Shown here: one piece after another, positions 30,066 to 41,388 of the stretch
Layout of the letters: every line of letters begins with the position of its first letter
Numbering within the stretch: position 1 is the stretch's first letter
DNA from: the human T2T-CHM13v2.0 reference genome, Homo sapiens
Length of the DNA stretch: 64,000 nucleotides
Direction: 5' to 3' (one strand)
Assembly: GCF_009914755.1 (NCBI RefSeq)
Contig: NC_060928.1
Program-made: the position numbers and the translations under genes
The notes under the pieces: generated by a model
Told to the model about the DNA's origin: nothing
The model's input: only the letters and a program-made list of their open reading frames with translations
Databases searched by the model: none

Positions 30066-31378
30066 TTAATCCTGGCAGAATGGGGTCATTAAAACATACC
30101 TTTAGGAATTAGAACCAAAAAAAACAAATGTTCTGAATAGTAAGCAAAATTTAAAATACAACACCATCTTGGGGTCACTTACATTCCACAGTTCTTTTTC
30201 AAAGACTGCATTGTATATTCTTAATCCCCAGTGTGACAGTTTCTCTAATTATGAGTCTACACGTTTGTACACACATCCCATCATTATATTTAGGACTCGC
30301 CCACTGGACTGTAACTAAGTCTTTAATGAGTTACTAATGAACATCTTAAGCTTAGATCAGCATTCAAAGAAAAATGTTAAAGGGTGTTGAAAAGCTATTC
30401 AAAGTGCAATTCTGTCACTTTTAATTAGACTCTAAGCCCAATAAAATAACCTGTCATCACTCTTCTAAGTTTGAAAAAATTGAATAGTGAGTGACAGATA
30501 CACCCTCACTTTGGTATCATTAGTTTTATGTGAAGTTAAAAAGGGTAAATTCAGTGACCTAAATTAGAGAAATCATTGTTTTGACTAAATGTAAAGATAA
30601 AAATAACGTGCAAACATAAAATAGCATTTTACAACATTTCATTCTTTTTCTTGGACTCAGATGACTTTAAAACAGATTGATTTTGTTGTTGTGTTGGAGA
30701 ATAACAGATGATGTGAGGAAAAAACCTAATGATTAGATATGTAGGTTAAAAACGTAAAAATAAAAAAAACCCTCTGTATTTATAAAAGAACAAATAGTCT
30801 ACTTTCACTCATTACTGATTCTCTCCAAGCTGTTAGAGATATCACAAGAGTAGTAAACATAAACATTACCTGAATTAGATCAGAACTAATCTTTAGTAGA
30901 GCTCTCCATACAAATTGACAATGGTGGTGACAATTTAGCAATGATCATTTTTCTTCTTTTTTTTCTCCTTTTGATAGGGAACTTGGTGAAACCATGCAGA
31001 CCTTCAGGGCACATTATTTAATAATGAAGACAAATAATGCATAAAATTTAAAGCAACAGGCTGGTATGATGCTCTCCCTCCAGGGAACACTACACAATTG
31101 CTTAAAAGGAGGCCTTTTAGATTAGTTACAAAAGCTGGATTGTTGGAATAGCTGTGATAGCACAGATGTATTAGAGGTTACAGGCTGTTGGCAGGCTTTA
31201 TGTTGTCCCTCTGCAGACAGATAAAAAACCACCATGTCGATTTTTAAAAGTAGGTGTCCAATAATAATCACATCCAACATAACATAATCGATCATTTTGA
31301 CATTTGAGCCTGTTAACATATTTGCTGTCTTGTTAAACAGAATTTAGGCATTCATAAAAACTAACGGAAATTAAGATG

Positions 31379-31460
31379 TGATATGGTTTGGCTCTGTGGC
31401 CCCACCCAAATCTCATCTTGAATTGTACTTCTATAATTCCCACAGGTTGTGGGGGGGGAC
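31379..31460 (+). mobile_element. THE1 LTR 5' fragment (~80 bp), apparently a local inverted copy of the LTR at 32590-32942
   Basis: tgatatggtttggctctgtggccccacccaaatctcatcttgaattgta; also carries the flank of the downstream LTR. Confidence 0.85.
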
Positions 31461-32533
31461 TTTAAAACAGATTGAGTTTGTTGTGTGTATGTGTTGAGAA
31501 GGGTGGATGGGTGGCAAAAATATCTTACTACCATTAAAAAGCAAAACAGTTCTCATTCTTCTCAGCTGTCTTCAGAAATGCCAGTTATTATTTACTTAGG
31601 AGAGGGAGCTAGAACTCCCTAACAAAACAGACCTCTGTCAATATGTGGATCATTTTTGCTCATTTTGCCCACACATTAGTTACAATTGGCAGTATGATTA
31701 AGGTAGAGTGCCTCATTACTATAGTTGTAAAGATTTTTAAAGGAATAATTTACAACATTCTGAAAGTATAGTTGCCATACCATTAAAAAATTTATATTCT
31801 AAAGGTTTTTTGTTACCATGAACTTAAATTTTTTTGCATTATGTTTACAAGGAGGCTGGTGTTTGGAAAATCTTACTATTAGTTATCACTCCTCTTAAGG
31901 TACATAATATGGATTTTATTTGACTGGAATAAAAAAAATCCTTTTTGTCAGGAGCCACATCTCTAATAAATTTATATCACTAACAGAAATCTCTACTTAC
32001 TCATTTTCAGAAGTGTTTAAGGTATTTACATCACAGTATTACAATTTAGGCAACGATTATAATGAAAGTCACTATTTTTCCCTTTATTGATAGAATATAT
32101 AAAGTGCCAGCTATGAAAGCCAATTAAAAAGCAATCTTAAAAAGTTGGTTCTTTTGTTCTTTAACAAAATGAAATGTTTCCCTTTAGCTTTATTCACAGC
32201 CATGTGTTTGACTCTTTTACTATTCTCAGCGTATTTTATAAAGCTTTTGTAACATAGTAGCTTAGTGTTCTGATAATGACTCTAATGAGTAAAAGCAGAC
32301 TATTTATTCTTTTATAAATACAGAGGTTTTTAAAAATTTTTTTAACCTACATATCTAAGCATATCTGGATCTTTTTTCCTCATGTCATCTGTTAAGTTAT
32401 TTATTTTTATAATTTCAACAGTTATATTAGATTCAGGGGGTAAATGTACAGGTTTGTTACAGGAGTATATTGCATGACTCTGAGGCAAATGATCCTGTCA
32501 CCCAGGGTAATGAGCATACTACCCAATAGGTAG

Positions 32534-33250
<717 letters not shown>

Positions 33251-34908
33251 ACATATCACATCTTAATGTCCATAAGTTTCAATGTTTAGCTTCCACTTAT
33301 AAGTCTATGTGTGCAATCTTTGGTTTTCTGTTCCTGTGTTAATTCACTTAGGATGATGGCCTCCACTGGCATCCATGTTGCTGGAAAGGACCTGATTTCA
33401 TTATTTTTTATGGCTGCATAGTATTCTTCCATGCTGTGTGTGTGTGCGTGTGTATATATATATATATAATTTTATTTATCCAGTCTACCATTGATGAGCA
33501 CTTGGGTTGATTCCATGTCTTTGCAATTATAAATAGTGCTGCAATGTATATACAAATGCATATGTCTTTTTGGTAGAATAATTTATTTTCCTTTGGGTAT
33601 ATACCCAATAATGGGAATACTGGGTAGAATAATAGTTCTGGTTTTAGTTCTTTGAGAAATCTCCAACCTGCTTTCCACAGCAGCTGAACTGACTAGCATT
33701 TCCACCAACAGTATGTAAGCATCCCTTTTACTCCATAGCCTTGCCAACACCTGTTATTTTTTGTCTTTTTAATAATAGCCATTCTGACTGGTGTGAGATG
33801 GTATCTCGTTGAGGTTTTGATTTGCATTTCTCTGATGATGAGTGATATTGAGTGTCCTTTTTGTGTTTGTTGGCCGCTTGTATGTCTTCTTTTGCGAAGT
33901 GTTTGTTCATGTCCTTCGCCTGCTTTTTAATGGGATTATTTGTATTTTGCTTGTTGAATCATTTAAGCTCTCTGTAATATTAGATGTTTGTCAGATGCAT
34001 AGTTTGCAAATATTTTCTCTCATTCTGTGGGTTGTCTGTTTACTCTGTTGATAGTTTCTTTTGCTGTGTGAAAGTTCTTTAGTTTTATTAGGTCCCACTT
34101 GTCAATTTTTGGTTTTGTTGCAATTGTTTTTGAGGACAGTCATAAATTCTTTCTTAAGGCTGATGTGAGAATGGTACTTTATAGGTTTGCTTGTAGGATT
34201 TTTATAGTTTAGGGTCTCACATTTAGAATTTTAATCCCTCTTGATTTAATTTTTGCATATGCTGAAAAGTAAGGGCCTTGTTTCATTATTTTGCATACAT
34301 GGCCAGCCAGTTATCCTAACACCGTTTATTAAATAGGGAGTCATTTCCCCATTGCATATTTTTTGTTGACCTTGTTGAAGATCAGATGGTTGTATGTGTG
34401 TGGCTTTATTTCTGGCTTCTCTATTCTGTTCTATTGTTCTATTTGTCTGTTTTGTATTAGTACCACACTGTTTTGGTCATTGTAGCCTTATAAGATAGTT
34501 TGGCATTTGGCATTGTGATGCCTCCAGCTTTGTTCTTTTTGCTGAGGATTGCTTTGGCTATTGGGGCTCTTTTTTGATTCCACAGGAATTTTACAATAGT
34601 TTTTTTCTAATTTTGTAAAAACTGACATTGATAGTTTGGTAGGAATAGCATTCAATTTGTAGAGTGCTTTGGGTGGGCAGTATGGCGATTCTAGCAATAT
34701 TAATTCTTCTATCCACGTGTATGGAATGTTTTTCCATTTGTTTGTGTCATCTCTGATTTCTTTGAGCAGTGTTTTGTAGTTCTCCTCGTAGAGATCTTTT
34801 CACCCCCCTGATTAGATGGATTCCTAGATTTTTTATTTTCTTGATGACTATTGTAAATGTGATTATGTTCTTGACTTGGCTCTTAGCTTGAATGTTATTG
34901 GTATATAT

Positions 34909-35211
34909 AGGTAGCTCATGCCTGTAATCCCAACACTGTGGGAGGGCAAGGTGGGCTGATCACTTGAGGTAGGGAGTTCAAGACCACCCTTGCCAACTTG
35001 GTGAAACCCTCTCTCTACTAAAGATACAAAAAAATTAGCCGGACATGGTGGCGGGTGCCACCTCATCACCTTATCTCAACTACTCGGGACGTTGCAGTAG
35101 GAGAATCACTTGAACCCAGGAAGCGGAGGTTACAGTGAGCCGAGATCACGTGCCACTGCACTCTCCAGCCTGGTGACAGAGTGAGACTCTTGTCAAAAAA
35201 CAAACAAAAAA
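34909..35211 (+). mobile_element. AluS within L1
   Basis: gctcatgcctgtaatcccaacac...gagactcttgtcaaaaaa. Confidence 0.88.
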
Positions 35212-38200
35212 TGCTACTGATTTTTGTATGCTGATTGTATACCCTGAAACTTTACTGAAGTTGTTTATCATGTCTAGGAACTTTCTCCTGCCTTTAGGGT
35301 TTTCTAGATATAGAATCATGTTGTTAGCAAAGAGAGATTATTTGATTACTTCTTTTCTTATTTGAATGACTACAAAAGTTTATCTTACTATTTATTTTAT
35401 TGTAACAGTTATGTTTTGGAGAAAATTAATGAGGAACCTAGTCTGAAGTGTAATTTCTTGCCCACATCAGGCATACCAGTACTTTATGAAACAAGGTAGT
35501 CTAGAGAAGGAACCTGTTGAGTTAAATAAGATTTAGGTATACCATAAAATTGGCTTCATGATACACGGGAGGACAATTTGTTACTACTTAGCTTAGCTGT
35601 TTTCTTATAAGACCCAGAATTGAAACAGATTTACCCCTCTGTGTTAGGACTTTCATGCTGCAATTTCTACATGATGGCATCTTTACTCAGGTGCTTGAAT
35701 TGGATCTTTTATGACTATTGTTAGAGATTACTACCCAGCCTATAAAGAAATTATGCAGCTATCATATACACCTTAGGGAGAAATCAAGAAAGATATAATC
35801 TTTTATATGGCTAAAATGAAGGTGCTGTAGGAGAGAGCCTTTCAGGTATGCATAAGAAAGCAGGATTGAAAATGTGCCTTTATTTACAGAAAAGGAAATG
35901 AAAATAGTGGTCTCTTCTCTGCCCCCCAACCCTTCTCTTTCTTTCCCTTTTATTATATATGTTGCAGTGAAGTTGGAATAGACATTTCAGTAGCAATCAG
36001 CCATTTGCTATTGTAACTTTTTAATATAATTTCCAGCATTTACACAATACTTTCCTGTTAGCTAAAGAGTTTTGTACATAATAGCTCAGTGAATACTCAT
36101 AACAATCCAATGAGTCATAGGTAGTAGGACTGGTAATTTTCAGATGAAAAAATAGACTCAGAGCTGTGAATGTAATGATGTAATAATATATTTTAAGTGA
36201 CTTTTGAGGAGAAACTCAACCCAAAATTTCTTAGCCATCTTGTGGAGGCTTCGTCCATAGGCATTTTTATAACCTACTGAGCATTTGCCTTATTTTATAG
36301 ATCTATGATTTAAATTATAAATAAACAAACCAAAGTAGCATATTGAGATTGAGCTAGAATATAATAAAATAAAATAAGTAAATTTTTAAAATCTTCAATT
36401 AGGGAAGACAGCAATACTGTGTTTGTTTAAATCTTGGAAATAAAAAGGAACAAGATTTTGAGTATGTTTTAGTAGAGAATGGAAAGGAAATATTATGAAA
36501 TGTGATTATCATTTTATATAGAGATAGAGAACTGTTTGGTAAAATTATGGAAAGAGTGATATTAGAAAGTGGTGAGATTTGGAAAGCCTGAGCAGTAGGG
36601 GAAAGGATTTCCTACTAGGAAGGATACTTTGTACAAAGGATTAGGCGGGTATGTTCAGGAGGGTAAGTATTCTCTTTCCAAGAGATACTACCATGGTGAA
36701 TGACAGAGTGTAATATGTAGGTTAGAGTCATAGCTATATTAGTGTACATTTCAAACTCTGTAAGGCTCATGGTTGGGTTGCTAATAAAGACATGGTGAAA
36801 TATAACCCTAAACCACAAAAGTAAATGACTTGTGAGAAAAATTTTTAGTTTATGAAAATTAAAGCCCTGGTAACTCTGATAAATATGCCCAGGTTGTATT
36901 TTGTTTTTAGCATTTCTCTCATTATAGAATTAGCCATTGTTTTGTTTAGAGTCCCAGCTCACTGTTATGATTAATAGCTATTTGGGGGAATAAGCTGAAT
37001 AATTGACTGAATTACAAAGCTGCTCATGTAAGAAGAACAAGAAAATAGAAACAGCTGAAGTTGGTTAGAAACAGTACTTACTTAATTTTAAAAAAATTAT
37101 AAATCAGTATTGATCTCTGCAAGTTATCTATCATTGAATTCTGATATTTATGGGTATTTATACCAATTATATCTTCCACAGATAATATGAAAACTCTGGT
37201 ATTATCATCACAAATACTTTACCTTTTAAAAACTCATTATTTTTCTTTTGTTTATCTCTTGCCATCTTATCTGCCCACAACCAACATTCTGGAACAGTGA
37301 TGCTCTGATGGCTTTTGATATTTAAGAGACATGAACATGGGATAAATATTTTGATCATTATAGTAGGTTATGAAATACTAATTTTATATTTCACGCTTGC
37401 CCACTAGGAAAGCAGAATGAAAGTGCTTACATTGTAAAAATATCTGGATATGAATCAAATATAAGGATGATTTGTATATGGCAATAACTCATATTACTTA
37501 CAAGGAGTATTATATATTATGTATGATTTAAAAGTTAAAACTTTAAAAACAAATAAAAATAGAAAATCTCCCCCTCAATTCAAATAAAATCCTAATCAAA
37601 TATGCAGTTTTTAAAAGATAAGCATGAAGTTTCTCTGAAGATGGATAGAAAGAACAAGATGCATTGACCTTATTATAGCTTCCTGCCTCAGAGCCAAAAT
37701 TAACTTTGCGACATCTTAAAATTACATGCAACAGAGTTTGAAACTGTGGCCTCTAATGGTATTGGGAAGGAAACTTGGAGGGTTGCCTTCAACTTATGGT
37801 TAATGCCACAACATGCTGGTGTATTTTTAATAGCTAATTTGAAAGAATCCTTTCTCTTAAAGGTCTGGATAAAAAAAGAGGCATTTAGAATGTGAAAACT
37901 ATCTTCAAATATCTGAGAAGAACCTTCGAGGAGTAATTTGAGTTGGTTTTGTAGCCCATGTATTCAATTTAGACAAGTGAGTGGAGAATGCCAGGGCATA
38001 GATACCACCTTCCTTGACCTAAGGAAACTAGCTGCTTCAGATGCTATTGTGCCCCAAGGAGAGAGTGAGTTTCAGAGCAAAACCTCTTGACGTGAACCTT
38101 GGGAGATCTGTATGGCAGGAACATTCTAACTTTCTAGCATGTGAATTGAAGGAATCTTTGCAGACTTAAGATTCGTGTTTCTAATGGAATACCAGACACC

Positions 38201-38859
38201 AGATTTATAAGTGTGCTGTTTATCTTGAAGACTTATTTGTATAATAGCTTCAGGAAGACAAATTGGATTTATATTTATAATTCAAATAAATATTTCCACA
38301 GAAGTCATACAATATCTTGAGTATAGTACACACATATTTTTTAAAGCAAAAGTTGACATTTTGGCTCTGTTCTAATAATCCTTCTCTATGTGGGCAGTGT
38401 AACAGCCTCTCTAGTTTTTCTGTCACCCATTGGATTTCTTTTATAGATACAGTGAATTTAAATGAGTGTATGAACTACAGACACATAAGATACTTTGGTT
38501 TCATAGAACACATCAGTCTACTTTTTTCAATTTACAGTCAAAGTCGACTTAAGCTCCTGGTATTTTGTATTCTTTAGTCTTACTCCATGAAATCGTTTTA
38601 CTCCTCAAGCCAAACAACTCTTTCTAGATCCCTAAGAGTTTGCTTCCTAGTTCTATTGACGTGTGTTTTTATGTTTTGTTTATTTTTCAGATTTTTTTCA
38701 TTTAGATACAGGCACTATTATACTGTTTAGCTGATGCTTGATTCCATTGTTTATTCATTTTTAAATCAATTGTCATTCTTTGCCTACTCTAGAAATTGAC
38801 CTTTTCTAGAAATATTTGATCTCTAGTTAAGAAGAGATCCCTATTCCCACGTCCCTGTC

Positions 38860-39425
38860 CTATGCTACTCTTCCCTCCCAAGAGTTTTAATAATTATCCT
38901 AAACAGATTGTCTTAAAACTAAGCTCTTTACCCTGGCTTACAAAGCTCATGATCTGGATGTTGCTTGCCTCTCTGCCTTCCAGACTATTCTTCACCTTGA
39001 CCCCTATACCCAGCCATTGTGCTATTTCTCAAACACACCAAGGGATTTTAGCCTGGAGGCCTTTCCTGTATCCTGGAAGTTCTTTGACTAGCAACTTACA
39101 GTCACACAACTGAATGTTGTATGATTAATGACTTTAAATCTCACTGAAATCCCAATTTATATTTTGTCTCCATATCCAAATATTTCACAAAAACCCAAAT
39201 GAAGTAACCTTTACATAATACTCTATTTATTTTTTCATAGATTACTCATATTTATATGGTATTTTTTTCTCTAATATTTATTTGTGTATTTTCTAATTTC
39301 CCTTACCAGATGTGTGATTCATTAAAGTAGCTTTGTGGTCTGTTTTCTTCACCAAATTCTCCAGCACCTAGAAGAGGTCCCAACATGTAATGGGAACTCA
39401 ATAAATATTTGTTGAATGAATGAAA
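38860..39425 (+). mobile_element. L2 3' fragment
   Basis: Ends ccagcacctagaag...actcaataaatatttgttgaatgaatgaa, the typical L2 3' end. Confidence 0.6.
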
Positions 39426-41137
39426 AAATAAGCACATTCTCCCCCACTCTAAATGTGCTTATATTTTAACTTGGCTGAGGATAAAATCTTTCAATTTTTG
39501 CATAACAGAGGCTTATAGGATAATCTATTTTGATAAGGTTTGGCTAATTTTCTTCCATAGAGTAGTAACAAAGATATTAGAGAAAACATGCCTGTATATA
39601 TTCATGTAAAAATATTTTTATATTAGTCATATTGTCATTTTAGGCAATGAAGAGAGGGATATCTTAGGAGCCAAAAGTTCAGAAATGATGCCACTAGAGT
39701 GAAACATCAAAGAAGGCAATTACTTAGAGATGTTGATTTTCGCAGCTTTTTGGTCTTGAAACTTATTTTCTTCTTTGGCACCTTTTTCATTTACACAGGC
39801 TATAAAAATGGCATTCAGATTACCTTTGCCTAGATATTTTAGTAATCATACATTGTAATAAATTCAAATAAAAATGTTTTGGGGCAATGTCTCAGACTTA
39901 TATTTTAAAGTTTTCCATTATAGATATATTGTTTAACATATTTCTTAATATGATTTTTTTCCATAAAACTTGTATTATTTTATGTGTTTTGGGAGGGATA
40001 TGTTTTACACTTCTAATCTGCAAATATTTTATATAGCAAGAAATTATGGCACCACTGTATAAATTTCTAGTGTTAGCAAGATGATCATAAAATTCTCTTG
40101 CATTATTGATTTTCTTAGTTTCTCTCTTGTTTAATGTTAGCCACATAACATTATTAATGTGTTTTTATACATGCATGTTATAACCTGTTAAAAAATACTG
40201 TGTGAAGCAAAATCTTTTTCTTTGTAAAATTTATCCTTTCTGTTGACAGACAGATTTTCATTATCATTCCTATTTATTAAACTAGTTGCAAATAGTGTAG
40301 GGAAATGTGTATCTCATGTATCAATTTATCAAAAAAAATCCTATATTTAAATATCTCTTTTCAAAGCATAAAATGCATGGGTGTTTTCTGAATTATTTTT
40401 AAAAATCATGTATACTTTTTTTTCATTATTGTCTTGGTCTTTCATATTTACTCATTTATGTAATATGTACCATTTGTCAGTAAAATCACTGTGTATATAA
40501 ATGGTAAAAATGTGTGTATATCCTTTTCACCTTAACGTCCAGCACAGATCTTAAAACAGCACCTCTCCAAAAATGGTAGTTAAATGACCTGAAAACATAC
40601 AAATAAGTATAAAACAATCCATATAAGTGTAACCATACATCAAACAAAACAAATAAACAAACAAAAGACACCTTTCTGGGACTTTCTTTACCCATTACCT
40701 TATCAAACATTTTGTGTAAAAATTGAGTTTAGGAACCATTATTCTTATTTACACTTATGTAGGTATTAGTGCCCTTAATTTACATTAGAGTGCTGTGAAT
40801 CTATAAAAATAAAAATAATATTTATATTTTTTCAGGTAGCTTACCGTGCTTTCAATAATTATGTCTAATTTTCTAATCATTATTAGAGATTAGGATGAGT
40901 TTTTTTTTTTTTTTTAGCTTAATTAAGATAGTGTTTAACTAGGATAGCATTATACTAGGGGCCAGGAGATGTAATCCTCTCAGCTGTAGGGTTGTCTGAG
41001 TAGGGCCTGGGGTGGCTGGAGTCTTGGGCCTATAGCCGGCGGCAGAGGGCAGCCTTGGGAATAGCCTCTACCAGGGCTCCCCTGAGGCGGGACTGAGGTG
41101 AGCAGGGGTCTGATGGTGCGCCCTGCGGTCCCCGCAG

Positions 41138-41341
41138 GTGGCAAGCACAGTGAACGACATCCTGCCCTTGCTGCTCCATTGCGACACGCTGAGCGCAGCC
41201 CAGGAGGCGCTCTTCCACCCAGACATCTGCTTCAGCAGCCAGCTGCAGAGCGCACCGCTGCTCATCGTGGACAAGGGCCCCGTGGAGCTACCAGAGGAGT
41301 TCGCGGTCCAGGTGCCCAAGGAGCACAGATTGCAGCGCAAG
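41138..41341 (+). CDS. ADGRL3: ADGRL3 204-nt symmetric (phase 1-1) cassette exon encoding (G)GKHSERHPALAAPLRHAERSPGGALPPRHLLQQPAAERTAAHRGQGPRGATRGVRGPGAQGAQIAAQ
   Basis: Acceptor cccgcag (AG 41136-41137) and donor AAG|gtgcgg (41342). Length is divisible by 3 and in frame with the upstream exon. The peptide matches the known N-terminal splice insert of mammalian latrophilin-3. Confidence 0.92.
41150..41341 (+). pseudogene. INTS15 (C7orf26)-derived first-coding-exon fragment, in the alternative frame of the ADGRL3 cassette exon
   Basis: Phase-0 translation VNDILPLLLHCDTLSAAQEALFHPDICFSSQLQSAPLLIVDKGPVELPEEFAVQVPKEHRLQRK aligns without gaps to INTS15 1-64 as recalled (about 43/64 identical). 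G/C at third position in 59 of 68 codons in this frame. Confidence 0.85.
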
Positions 41342-41355
41342 GTGCGGCCAGCGGT

Positions 41356-41388
41356 GGGGAGAGAGGGCTGGGGGTGGCTGGGCAGGGG
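41356..41388 (+). promoter_or_regulatory. Intronic G-run cluster / potential G-quadruplex just 3' of the cassette-exon donor
   Basis: GGGG-N5-GGG-N2-GGGGG-N5-GGG-N2-GGGG. Confidence 0.5.

Noticed and set aside
40899-40916. Poly-T as the retrocopy tail of the INTS15-like segment
   Set aside because: Wrong side and strand for a sense retrocopy, and no TSD found.
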